Source: Pseudomonadota bacterium
Lineage (GTDB): Bacteria > Pseudomonadota > Gammaproteobacteria > DASZBR01
Direction: 5' to 3'
NCBI GenBank assembly: GCA_021777765.1
Contig: JAJYDF010000017.1
Span: 3,909-67,908 of the forward strand
Length of the DNA stretch: 64,000 bases
The notes under the pieces were generated by a model that did no database searches, was not told where the DNA came from, and was given only the letters and a program-made list of their open reading frames with translations. Made by a program: the position numbers and the translations under genes. Positions within the stretch are counted from its first letter, which is position 1, and each line of letters begins with the position of its first letter. Shown in pieces: positions 9,775 through 19,385 of the stretch.

Positions 9775-11253
9775 TTATTGTTTGTGGATCAACTTAGCGC
9801 CACGTTTTTTAACAGGATATATCTCAGCAAACGATTTCGAAGTACCTGGTTCAGAAATGATTCGTACGTGATTTCTTTGTAGCTCTCGTGGTTCATAGAC
9901 ACCACAGGAATGACATAAAATACCCACTTCGTGTTCTAAATTTTTTACATAATTCATCACGCGTGTTGCTTTATGTTGGGGATCTAAGCCATGCATTAAT
10001 CTGCGATTATGTGTGGTAATTCCAGTGGGACAAGTATTATTGTGACAACGCAATGCTTGAATACATCCTAACGAAAATAAAAATCCTCTTGCTGAATTTA
10101 CAAAATCTGCGCCAATAGCTAACGCCCATGCAACTGCGTTTGGCGTAATTAATTTACCAGCAGCAATCACTTTTATTCGATCACGTAAATCATATTCGAT
10201 CAGTAAATCAATTAATTTAGGTAAACTTTCAGCAATAGGTAATCCCATATAACCAGCCAGTGTTGCTGGCGCAGCACCGGTTCCACCTTCTGCACCATCT
10301 AGCGTAATAAAATCGGGAGCAGATTCAATGCCACGTTGATGAATTAAATCAAATAATTCCTCTAACCATTCATAACCACCTAACACCGTTTTAAATCCTG
10401 TGGGTTTGCCAGTGATGTTTCTAACGCGATTGATAAAATCTAACAATTCTGCAGAATTACTGATTTCGGTAAAACGATTAGGACTAATTGCATCTTGGTA
10501 AGGTGTAATCCCACGCATTTGTGCAATTTCAGGTGTGACTTTAACTGCTGGTAACACGCCACCTTTTCCTGGTTTTGCACCTTGACTGAGTTTTATTTCA
10601 AACATTTTTACTTGTGGATATTGTGCAGCTATTCGTAAACGATCATCAGATAAATTACCTTCTGCATCACGATAGCCAAATTTAGCGGTTCCTATTTGCG
10701 CCACTAAATCACAACCACTTTTTAAATGAAATTCAGATAGTCCACCTTCACCGGTATTTAACCAACATCCAGCTAATTTAGCGCCTTCTGCTAAAGCTAA
10801 GATGGCATTTTCTGTAATAGATCCGTAACTCATTGCTGAAATATTAATTAAAGAACAGGTGGTATAAGGATATTGACACTGTGGACCAATAGTCACTGGT
10901 TTTGTTTTTACAGCATCGCGTGATAAAACAGGGAAGGGCGCATCAACAAAATAAATAGTACCCACACGGCGTAAATCGCGCGTCGATCCAAAACCAATGG
11001 TGGTATCAATATTTTTTGAGGCTTCATAAACCCATGATCGTTGCGCGCGATTAAAGGGTAATTCTTCCCAATCTCTTGCATATAATAACGCTCTGAAATA
11101 AATCCCTAATTTTTCTAATATATAACGAAAATGACCAATTAACGGATAATTTCTTAATATGGCGTGATCTTTTTGGGTGATGTCCCAGAGGAATAATATT
11201 ATAATTGAAATGAATAATATTAATATACAGAAAATTAATATTTCATGTGACAT
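9775..11253 (-). CDS. FMN-binding glutamate synthase family protein (stand-alone)
   Basis: NISAMSYGS, NTGEGG, EIKLSQGAKPGKGG, DGAEGGTGAAP, GCIQALRCHNNTCPTGITT; N-terminal TM. Confidence 0.92.
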   Translation of the reverse strand: MSHEILIFCILILFISIIILFLWDITQKDHAILRNYPLIGHFRYILEKLGIYFRALLYARDWEELPFNRAQRSWVYEASKNIDTTIGFGSTRDLRRVGTIYFVDAPFPVLSRDAVKTKPVTIGPQCQYPYTTCSLINISAMSYGSITENAILALAEGAKLAGCWLNTGEGGLSEFHLKSGCDLVAQIGTAKFGYRDAEGNLSDDRLRIAAQYPQVKMFEIKLSQGAKPGKGGVLPAVKVTPEIAQMRGITPYQDAISPNRFTEISNSAELLDFINRVRNITGKPTGFKTVLGGYEWLEELFDLIHQRGIESAPDFITLDGAEGGTGAAPATLAGYMGLPIAESLPKLIDLLIEYDLRDRIKVIAAGKLITPNAVAWALAIGADFVNSARGFLFSLGCIQALRCHNNTCPTGITTHNRRLMHGLDPQHKATRVMNYVKNLEHEVGILCHSCGVYEPRELQRNHVRIISEPGTSKSFAEIYPVKKRGAKLIHKQ

Positions 11254-11301
11254 ATCTACTCCCTAATATCAATATTTTATAGATTAATTTCACTCGCATT
11301 A

Positions 11302-11480
11302 TGTCATTCCCGCTGGCATAGAAATTAGCGGACATACTTAACGTTCAAGCGGGAATCTATCTCTGAATTTATAACTTGCATTAAATATGCTTTAAATAAC
11401 AATTCGATAATAATTTTGCTATAGATTCCCGCTTGCAAGTTTATTGTTTTTAAATAATCTTTTCCGCGCGGGAATGACAT
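11302..11480. repeat. ATTCCC/GGGAAT-type palindromic element (family B), ~178 nt
   Basis: TGTCATTCCCGC-32nt-CAAGCGGGAATCTAT-60nt-ATAGATTCCCGCTTG-32nt-GCGGGAATGACA; second copy at 43823-43999. Confidence 0.85.
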
Positions 11481-11484
11481 GAAT

Positions 11485-12381
11485 TTAATATTTTCTTTTT
11501 ACAATATATTCAGCCAGTTCCACAAATAATTTTGTCTCAAATGGTAATTGATTTAAATTTTCAATTGCGGCGTGAAAATATTTTTCAGCAGACTCTTTAG
11601 CAGCATCTAATCCCAATAATGTCACATAAGTCATTTTGTGATTGGCTTCATCAGCACCCTGCGTTTTACCTAATATTTCGGTGCTACTCACATGATCAAG
11701 AATATCGTCTTGAATTTGAAATGCGATGCCGATATTTTTTCCAAAAGTTAATAAATTATTTAATTGTTGGTCGGAGCAATGACTAATAACCGCTGGCATT
11801 TTTATACTGGCTAAAATTAATGCTCCTGTTTTTAATTGATGAATGGTGGCTAATTGATCCAGTGAAATTTTTTGCTTTTCAGCAGCTAAATCTAATGTTT
11901 GTCCACCGGCCATTCCGTGCGATCCAATTGCGTGAGATAAAATATTTATTAACATTAATTGTTTATCAGAAGAAATTAGATTATTTTTCGCAGAAAGAAT
12001 TTCGAATGCGAGGCTTTGTAAAGCATCGCCCGCTAATATGGCTAATGCTTCATTAAATTTTTTATGACAGGTCAATTGACCGTGACGTAATTCTGCATCA
12101 TCCATACTCGGTAAATCATCATGAATTAATGAATAGGCATGAACACATTCTAAAGAAATGGCAATTTGATCAATACAATTTAAATCAATATTTAAAGCAA
12201 TGCCTGTGGCATAAGCTAATAAAGATCGAATTCTTTTACCGCCACCTAATACGGAATAACGCATTGCTTCATGTAATTCATTGGGTGATAAATGAGCTGC
12301 TGGCAGTGAATGCGTTAAACAATGATTAACACGTGCGCGATATTCTTCCATGAATTGATTAAGATGCAAGGGACGCCTCAT
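11485..12381 (-). CDS. ispA: Farnesyl diphosphate synthase / geranyltranstransferase
   Basis: GGKRIR, HAYSLIHDDLPSMD, GMAGGQ, FQIQDDILD. Confidence 0.93.
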   Translation of the reverse strand: MRRPLHLNQFMEEYRARVNHCLTHSLPAAHLSPNELHEAMRYSVLGGGKRIRSLLAYATGIALNIDLNCIDQIAISLECVHAYSLIHDDLPSMDDAELRHGQLTCHKKFNEALAILAGDALQSLAFEILSAKNNLISSDKQLMLINILSHAIGSHGMAGGQTLDLAAEKQKISLDQLATIHQLKTGALILASIKMPAVISHCSDQQLNNLLTFGKNIGIAFQIQDDILDHVSSTEILGKTQGADEANHKMTYVTLLGLDAAKESAEKYFHAAIENLNQLPFETKLFVELAEYIVKRKY

Positions 12382-12385
12382 AGGA

Positions 12386-13279
12386 TTAAAAAGCTGAAAT
12401 TAATTTAATAGGAACAATGTCTGGTGGTGGTTGTCGCCATAAACTTAATACATATCCACCATTGCCTGCGCCTGTAGGTTTACAAGCAATTGCACCAGCA
12501 CCAGTGAGTAAATGAATATGATTTTGTAATGTAGAATTAATTAATCCCCATCGTTCAAAACATAAATTCGCGGTTTTAATGGCATCGGTTAATAAGGGTA
12601 AACCAATTTCTTCATTGCGTGTTAAAGCGCGTTCACTGGTTAACACACTTTGTGCCATATCTTGATCAATGCGTTTGGCTAATTCAGGATTACTACGCCA
12701 CAATTCGTCAACTAAACTGACACATTCTGCGGTCACACTAACGCTATCGGTATGCGATAAATATAAATGGGGACGCCATTCACAATTAACAGTATGTTTA
12801 ATGGCACCACCCTGAAAGAACACACCTTTATCTGACATTGCACCAGCAATATCTACGCCACTGCTTTTACCATGAAATTGATCTTCTAAATGACGTGCAA
12901 ATTCAAACAATTTGTCATCTGTTACCCAACCTTTCCACATAAACCATCTGGCGAGTGCCACACAAAATGCAGCAGAAAATCCTAATCCTCCGCCCATGGG
13001 AATATTATTTTCCCAAAAAAATTTTCCAGTCACATCGCTGTGCTTTTTTTCTATCAGTTTTAAACCTGTTTCTAAAATACCCCAAAAAAACATTAATAAT
13101 GTTTCACCATAAGGCGCGTCAAAATCTGCTTGCACGGGATCATTGTTTTGTGTGAAGGATAAGGTGACGTATTTATCTGGAATAGGGAAAACTAATGCTG
13201 GTCCACCTCTGATGACGGCATGTTCACCCGCTAATATCCATTTAGCGTGCGCAGTTGTTGTAAAATCATAATTTTTCAT
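12386..13279 (-). CDS. Mevalonate kinase (GHMP kinase)
   Basis: AKWILAGEHAV, IPMGGGLGFSAA, HGKSSGVD, KPTGAGNGG; in mevalonate cluster. Confidence 0.85.
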   Translation of the reverse strand: MKNYDFTTTAHAKWILAGEHAVIRGGPALVFPIPDKYVTLSFTQNNDPVQADFDAPYGETLLMFFWGILETGLKLIEKKHSDVTGKFFWENNIPMGGGLGFSAAFCVALARWFMWKGWVTDDKLFEFARHLEDQFHGKSSGVDIAGAMSDKGVFFQGGAIKHTVNCEWRPHLYLSHTDSVSVTAECVSLVDELWRSNPELAKRIDQDMAQSVLTSERALTRNEEIGLPLLTDAIKTANLCFERWGLINSTLQNHIHLLTGAGAIACKPTGAGNGGYVLSLWRQPPPDIVPIKLISAF

Positions 13280-13300
13280 AATTCACCTACAAATGTTTGA

Positions 13301-13405
13301 AAGGGGTCAAGTACCGTCTTGCAAGTTAACGGGCAGAAATGAGTTTATTAAAAATAAATTTATTTATGTCTGCTCGTTAACTTGCAAGACGGTACTTGAC
13401 CCCTT
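13301..13405. repeat. GGGGTC-ended long inverted repeat (family D)
   Basis: Perfect 31-bp arms AAGGGGTCAAGTACCGTCTTGCAAGTTAACG around an AT-rich core; the same left arm occurs at 47255. Confidence 0.9.
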
Positions 13406-13414
13406 CCTTAATGC

Positions 13415-14362
13415 TTAAATAATAAAATATTGTTTACGTAATTCAGTCACTATTTGATCAATTATTCTTGTTTGTTCCGGTCTAAATAATAAATGTACAT
13501 TCGGCCCGGCATCCATGGTAACAATAGGCCCATCCTGAGTAAGCTGCCAATAATCGCGTAAATAATTTAAGACTGCAAGTGATGCTGGAGTAAGGTAAGT
13601 AAATGGTGTTGCACAAGTTTCGAATAAAGCATGCATGTCCCAAAATTCTTGCCAACAAATGATATAAGCATTTTTCCAATCTTTTTCAGTGAAACTCTGA
13701 ATTAATTGCGTTAAACGTTTTTCGGCACGTTCAGCTCGTCCATCAAATAAACTACTGGTTGTGACTTGACGATGCGCCTCACTAGAACTTATCGATTTTT
13801 TTTCTCGACTAAGTACGACAGTGTGATGAATTAATTCAGGGTAGGGCAGAGAGACTGCTTCAGCATGATCGTCTCGCCATAATGCCCATGGACTAAAAAA
13901 AGATCGACATGATGATCCTGATCCTTGTCGGCTAAGAGAAGATAAAATTTGTGAGTTGATATTGAGTTGCTTAAATTTATCTAAATTTAATTGTTTGAAT
14001 GCATCGGCAGCACACTGTGTTAGCGCCGCAAAACTCGCAGCAGAACTGGCTAACCCGCAACCTGCAGGAAAATTATTTTTTGAACGGACAATAAAATGAT
14101 CATTAATGTTGAAATACTGTTTTAATAAATTCAAATGTTTTAAATATCGATTTTGTTCTTTATCAGACAAGATTATTTCATTATCAGGAAATGGTTGCCA
14201 GAGATCGGTTCGTTCTGTGGTTAATTCTAATTCAACAGTGCTGCGTAAATGATTTAATGTATATGAAAGAGATGAATTACTTGGGATATTTAATTCAGTA
14301 TTATTTTTACCCATATATTTTATGAGAGCGATATTGCTGGGTGCTGAATTTTGCCATTTCAT
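13415..14362 (-). CDS. mvaD: Diphosphomevalonate decarboxylase
   Basis: APSNIALIKYMGK, NNFPAGCGLASSA, SRQGSGSSCRS, TMDAGPNVH; start set at MKWQ because the longer ORF begins inside a REP. Confidence 0.92.
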   Translation of the reverse strand: MKWQNSAPSNIALIKYMGKNNTELNIPSNSSLSYTLNHLRSTVELELTTERTDLWQPFPDNEIILSDKEQNRYLKHLNLLKQYFNINDHFIVRSKNNFPAGCGLASSAASFAALTQCAADAFKQLNLDKFKQLNINSQILSSLSRQGSGSSCRSFFSPWALWRDDHAEAVSLPYPELIHHTVVLSREKKSISSSEAHRQVTTSSLFDGRAERAEKRLTQLIQSFTEKDWKNAYIICWQEFWDMHALFETCATPFTYLTPASLAVLNYLRDYWQLTQDGPIVTMDAGPNVHLLFRPEQTRIIDQIVTELRKQYFII

Positions 14363-14406
14363 GTGTGATATCCAATAAAATATGATTAGTATTTTTATAA
14401 AAAAAT

Positions 14407-14489
14407 GTAGCTCGAACAAAGGAGCGCAGCACTTGTCCGGGAATTAATTAAAATACCCGAACACGTCGCTGCGCTCCTTTGTCCGGGCT
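14407..14489. repeat. GTAG-type REP doublet (family E, short GCGCAGC loop)
   Basis: GTAGCTCGAACAAAGGAGCGCAGCACTTGTCCGGG ... CCCGAACACGTCGCTGCGCTCCTTTGTCCGGGCT. Confidence 0.75.
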
Positions 14490-14490
14490 T

Positions 14491-15423
14491 TTAATATTCT
14501 AATTCTAAATTCGTTAAATCACTGCATAGAATGCCATCGCATAATTGTTCTCTACCAAAAACGGCAATATTAAATGATTGTTGTTGCAACCATTCCAATA
14601 ATGCATCACGCTGCGATGATTCAAAAATGATCAGTATAACATCAGCACCCAATGCACCACAGCCTTTTGTGGTTAGCATTGGAGCGAATTTATTAATTTG
14701 TTGTAACATTTGTTGTGTATGCGCTGCGACTAATCCTAAATTATCTAGAAGTACGCCATATTGTTGTACTGCTTTGATAAAATCGTGTGGTTTATTTGTT
14801 TTTATTGCATGAAATGTTTGCAATGAGACATCGATTAATTCGCTATTGTTAATCGCATTGGTACTTAATGTTGCCAAATGTTGATGAGTTGCTATTTTTT
14901 GACCTGTTCGGATTAAACAAAAATCAATATTTTCAAAAGGCCAAGATAACTGTTCTAATTGTTGTTGCTGATTATGATAAAACGCTATTTTTCCTACCAT
15001 TTGCGCTATCACATCAGCACCACTGGGTGATGGACCATTACCTGACCAACTACACTCAGCATAAAATTGTAAAACTGAAGGGATGGCAATTTTAATAGTG
15101 CGCTGATTTTTAATCAGATGTTCGAGTGCTAATACCATTGCGAATTGTGCACTAGAAGCGCCAAAACCACCTGTACCTTTATGGGGATCTTTGAATGATA
15201 ATTTATTTCCCAAAAATTGTTGTTGAAATAATTTGATAAACTTACCTGCAGGGCTATGAATACGAATACCTTGCTGTTTGCTGGGTAAATCATTTTCAGA
15301 TATAGATGCCGTTAGCTCAAAACGGGGTTGTGTATTTAATATCAACGTAGGGCCACCAGATAAAGCAATATATTCGCCAACTAAAAATGTTTTACTGGGT
15401 GCAGTCAATGTGATCAATCGCAT
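14491..15423 (-). CDS. GHMP kinase, probable phosphomevalonate kinase
   Basis: APSKTFLVGEY, GGFGASSA, PSGADV, KGCGALGAD; adjacent to mvaD and mevalonate kinase. Confidence 0.75.
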   Translation of the reverse strand: MRLITLTAPSKTFLVGEYIALSGGPTLILNTQPRFELTASISENDLPSKQQGIRIHSPAGKFIKLFQQQFLGNKLSFKDPHKGTGGFGASSAQFAMVLALEHLIKNQRTIKIAIPSVLQFYAECSWSGNGPSPSGADVIAQMVGKIAFYHNQQQQLEQLSWPFENIDFCLIRTGQKIATHQHLATLSTNAINNSELIDVSLQTFHAIKTNKPHDFIKAVQQYGVLLDNLGLVAAHTQQMLQQINKFAPMLTTKGCGALGADVILIIFESSQRDALLEWLQQQSFNIAVFGREQLCDGILCSDLTNLELEY

Positions 15424-15459
15424 TTAAATAATTTAACCTCATAATATTATATATTTATT

Positions 15460-16665
15460 TTAATGATTAGCCAGAACACATTGATAGGTTTGTTTTGCTA
15501 TCATTAATTCTTCATTTGTTGGAATGACTAAAACTTTAATATTGCTATCATCAGTAGAAATAATAATATTGTTTTGTTGATTGGCATTTTGATCGATTTT
15601 TAAGTTTAGCCAATTCAATTGTGCACAGACTCTTTCACGAATATCTGTGGAATTTTCGCCAATTCCAGCAGTGAATATTAAATTATCCAATCCTTGTAAA
15701 GCGGCAATGAGTGAACCTATTTCTCTTTGTATACGATAAACAAATACTTCTACAGCAAATTGTGCTGACTTTTCCGCGCTATTTAAAAGTGTTCGCATAT
15801 CAGCGCTTATCCCGGAAAGGCCTAATAAACCTGATTTATTATATAATAATTGTGTGATTTCATCGGCTGACATTTTTTGTTGTTGCATTAAAAATAATAA
15901 TACGCCGGGATCAATATTACCGCACCGTGTTCCCATGGGTAGACCATCTAATGCAGTAAATCCCATTGTGGTGGCGATACTTTGTCGATTATTCATTGCA
16001 CACAAACTAGCGCCTTGACCTAAATGTGCCACAATTGTTTTGCCATTGGCAGAGTTATCATCAAGAAATTGCGGTAATATTTGTGCAATATACGCATAAG
16101 ATAAACCATGAAAACCATATCTTTTAATGGGAAATTCAGACAAATTGGGTGGAATTGCAAATGTTTGAGCAACCTCCGGTTGAGTGACATGAAAGCCAGT
16201 ATCAAAACAAGCCACCTGCAATAATTTTGGATTAATCTCCATTAATGATTTTATTCCAGCAATATTATAAGGTTGATGTAATGGTGCTAATGAAATCAAT
16301 TTATCTAAATCAGTGATTACAGCGGGCGTGATAACTGTTGGTGCAGTATAAGTTGTCGCACCATGAACAACGCGATGGCCTGCAGCGATTAATTGAAATT
16401 GTGTAAATTCTTTGCGTAACCACTGTTCAACAATTTGTAATGCAAATGTATGCGGATTTGATTTTAATAATTTTGTATCAGTGAATTGAGATTGATCAGA
16501 TAGGATAGAGCCATCATCGTTTTTTACAATAAAATGAGGTTGGGTATTTAATGCTTCTATTTGCCCATATATAATGCGTTGTAATTGTTGTTTATCTGTT
16601 ACTGCAAATAATGAAAATTTTAAACTCGAAGATCCTGCATTTAATGTCAAAATAGCGGTTTGCAT
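15460..16665 (-). CDS. ackA: Acetate/propionate kinase
   Basis: LNAGSSSLKF, GHRVVHG, RYGFHGLSY, AHLGQGAS, FTAGIGEN, IPTNEE; start at MQTAIL with AGGG RBS. Confidence 0.93.
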   Translation of the reverse strand: MQTAILTLNAGSSSLKFSLFAVTDKQQLQRIIYGQIEALNTQPHFIVKNDDGSILSDQSQFTDTKLLKSNPHTFALQIVEQWLRKEFTQFQLIAAGHRVVHGATTYTAPTVITPAVITDLDKLISLAPLHQPYNIAGIKSLMEINPKLLQVACFDTGFHVTQPEVAQTFAIPPNLSEFPIKRYGFHGLSYAYIAQILPQFLDDNSANGKTIVAHLGQGASLCAMNNRQSIATTMGFTALDGLPMGTRCGNIDPGVLLFLMQQQKMSADEITQLLYNKSGLLGLSGISADMRTLLNSAEKSAQFAVEVFVYRIQREIGSLIAALQGLDNLIFTAGIGENSTDIRERVCAQLNWLNLKIDQNANQQNNIIISTDDSNIKVLVIPTNEELMIAKQTYQCVLANH

Positions 16666-17585
16666 AATTTCCCTTGTTGCATATGTTGAAAATAAAGAAC
16701 GCCTAATGCACATGATGCTAATCTATCCTGTGCATTATCAGCACGGCTGGTTAATACAATGGGCAGCCGTGCGCCTAATACCACACCCGCTAATTTTGCC
16801 CTAGCTAAATATTGTAATTGTTTTGCTAGCATGTTGCCTGCTTCTAAATCGGGTGCGACTAAAATATCAGCTTGCCCCGCAACAGGCGAATTAATTGATT
16901 TAATTTTTGCTGCTTCCACAGATACAGCATTATCAAATGCCAATGGCCCATCGAGAATGCCACCTAGGATTTGTTTTCTATCAGCCATTTTACATAATGC
17001 AGCTGCTTCGATAGTTGATTGGATTTGCGCTGAAACGGTTTCAATGGCTGATAATATTGCCACTTTTGGTTTTGTAATACCTAACGCATGGGCTAAATTA
17101 ATAGCATTTTGCACAATATCTCTTTTCATCATTAAATCAGGCTTAATATTTATTGCGCAATCTGTGAGAAATAATAATTTAGGATAGGTCGCTGTTTCGC
17201 TCATAAAGACATGACTCATTCTGCGATCGGTTTGTATACCACGTTCTTTATCAACAACAGCATGCATAAATTCATCGGTATGTAAGCTACCTTTCATTAA
17301 CATTTGTACTTTACCGGCGCGTGCTAATGCCACCGCTTTGTCAGCAGCAGCGTGGCTATGTTCTGTATGAATAATGGTGTAATGATTAATATTCATTTTT
17401 AATTCAGCAGCGATACGTTTTATTTTATGTTCTGGCCCAATTAACAATGGGATGATTAATTTTGCTTTAGCTGCATCTATTGCGCCAGCAAGGGCTTCAG
17501 GTGAACAGGGATGTACAACTGCTGTCGTCAGCGGATTAATTTTTTTAGCTTGTGTAATAATATTTTTGAATGATAAGTTGGGCAT
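16647..17585 (-). CDS. Phosphate acetyl/butyryltransferase
   Basis: LMKGSLHT, TDCAINIKP, DGPLAFDNA, PDLEAGNML, PIVLTSRAD; overlaps ackA. Confidence 0.9.
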   Translation of the reverse strand: MPNLSFKNIITQAKKINPLTTAVVHPCSPEALAGAIDAAKAKLIIPLLIGPEHKIKRIAAELKMNINHYTIIHTEHSHAAADKAVALARAGKVQMLMKGSLHTDEFMHAVVDKERGIQTDRRMSHVFMSETATYPKLLFLTDCAINIKPDLMMKRDIVQNAINLAHALGITKPKVAILSAIETVSAQIQSTIEAAALCKMADRKQILGGILDGPLAFDNAVSVEAAKIKSINSPVAGQADILVAPDLEAGNMLAKQLQYLARAKLAGVVLGARLPIVLTSRADNAQDRLASCALGVLYFQHMQQGKLCKPLF

Positions 17586-17698
17586 TAATAATTCCTTTTA
17601 ACTTTTCACATCTGACAACGGCAACAATAAAAAATACAGTGTGATATAATATTGCATAAATTAAAATTTGTTTAGCTTCTTTTAAGTGGAGTAACAAA

Positions 17699-18757
17699 AT
17701 GAGTCACAGACCAGTGTTAGTACCACAACCTTGCCAAAATACTTATGAAGCGATATTACATACTTTTCAAGCTGATAAGCCATTAACCCCTGGACAACTC
17801 AACTTTTTATTATGGCATGCCAAGCAGCTGAGTGGCGCACATTTCGATCCGATTATAAGAGCGTATAAAATAGGTGAGCGTTGCGTGCATTCATTTTTAG
17901 TGGCTGATGAATTAAAAAATGTTGAGAGCACTCATCGTTTTAAGGAAAAATTAGAATCACTACTACAAGATCAACAGCACGGTATAATGGCCAAATTTAC
18001 TATAGCGCAATTCCAAAATCTAACAGCCATTGAGCACATTATTCATTTTGTCTATTTTGATGGCAATCGTATTGTGGTTGAATCGCCACTGATTCGTGGT
18101 AAAAAAGCACATGCTTATTTTTTTCAATGGGGCAATATTATCGGTATAGTGAGATATGAAATTGTGAGAGAAGCACTTATTTCAGAAACCGATGCAATTG
18201 TCTATTTTGAACTACGTAATAAGAGAGAATTAACAGAGTTTATGCATGCGTTTTATTTAAAATATAATGCTGATTTTGAATTAATTAATGAAAAACAAGT
18301 GATCTTGCAAGAGCTATTACATAAACTTAATTTGGAAAAAGAGAATTTAAATAAAGCACTTGTAGAAAAGGAATTATTAGAAAAGAAAGACTATTTAAAT
18401 AAATTACCTCATGAAGAACCCCATTTCAATCCTAAATTAGTCGAACAGGAAATCGCGCAGAATGAAAAAAAATATCTAGATGAAATTGAGCAGGCAGAAG
18501 TGCTTGATGCAGAAAAAAGTGATTATGAATTAATAGAGCAACAGCGATTAGAACAGGAACAATTAAAAGAAGAAAAATTAGAGAAAAATAATAGAGAGAT
18601 TCAAGAAAAAGAAGAGGAACGCGTTAAACAACAACGATCACTACAAGCAAAGCACATTGAAGAACATATTCCCGATTTACATAAAGATTTCAACAATCGT
18701 TTATCATCAATATTTCCACCGCGTTATCAATTAAATAGACCAATGCCCAATAAATAA
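17699..18757 (+). CDS. Hypothetical protein with Glu/Lys-rich coiled-coil C-terminus
   Basis: 352 aa ORF with GGAG RBS; highly charged C-terminal third. Confidence 0.65.
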   Translation: MSHRPVLVPQPCQNTYEAILHTFQADKPLTPGQLNFLLWHAKQLSGAHFDPIIRAYKIGERCVHSFLVADELKNVESTHRFKEKLESLLQDQQHGIMAKFTIAQFQNLTAIEHIIHFVYFDGNRIVVESPLIRGKKAHAYFFQWGNIIGIVRYEIVREALISETDAIVYFELRNKRELTEFMHAFYLKYNADFELINEKQVILQELLHKLNLEKENLNKALVEKELLEKKDYLNKLPHEEPHFNPKLVEQEIAQNEKKYLDEIEQAEVLDAEKSDYELIEQQRLEQEQLKEEKLEKNNREIQEKEEERVKQQRSLQAKHIEEHIPDLHKDFNNRLSSIFPPRYQLNRPMPNK

Positions 18758-18871
18758 TTTCTTAAAATCAATACAGCAATTACCTGAAGATGCTTGTAAA
18801 AGAGTTATTTTGCCAAGTTTGAATGATATGTGCTATATTGTACACAAGAGAACACAATTAAGAGGTGAGTT

Positions 18872-19129
18872 ATGGCTTCCGCTACAATGACAGTAAGATT
18901 AGATGATGGCATAAAAGAGCGATTGGAAACACTTGCGAATATCACACATCGCAGTAAATCTTTTTTAGCGGCAGAAGCAATTCTTGAATATTTGAAGATT
19001 CAAGAATGGCAAATTAAAGAAATTAAAAAAGGTATAGCCGAAGCTGATGCTGGACAATTAATCGATCATGACAAAGTTGTAAAATATTGGGAGAAAAAGC
19101 GTGCAGATTCAATGGACGAAAAACGCTAA
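18872..19129 (+). CDS. Ribbon-helix-helix (CopG-like) antitoxin
   Basis: TMTVRLD..RLE.LA..T.RSKSFLAAEAI..Y; overlaps downstream toxin. Confidence 0.88.
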   Translation: MASATMTVRLDDGIKERLETLANITHRSKSFLAAEAILEYLKIQEWQIKEIKKGIAEADAGQLIDHDKVVKYWEKKRADSMDEKR

Positions 19130-19385
19130 CCATAATTTAGATCAAATTGAAGAATTTATTACACAGGATAATCCCTTTGCTGCAATAGATACTGTAATTA
19201 AAATAATTAAAACAGTTGAAGCACTTTCAGAACATCCAGCAATGGGCAGAGTTGGCAGAATTCACAATACTCGTGAATTAATTATTGCAGGGACTCCATA
19301 TATAATTGCATATCGAGTAAAAGCTAAAAATATTCAAATTTTACGCGTTTTGCATAGTTCAATGCAGTGGCCTGATATACTTTAA
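19101..19385 (+). CDS. RelE/ParE family toxin
   Basis: I.WT..A..LD.I..FI..DNP.AA, HP.MGR.G, TREL, PYII.YRV, ILRVLH. Confidence 0.9.
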   Translation: MQIQWTKNANHNLDQIEEFITQDNPFAAIDTVIKIIKTVEALSEHPAMGRVGRIHNTRELIIAGTPYIIAYRVKAKNIQILRVLHSSMQWPDIL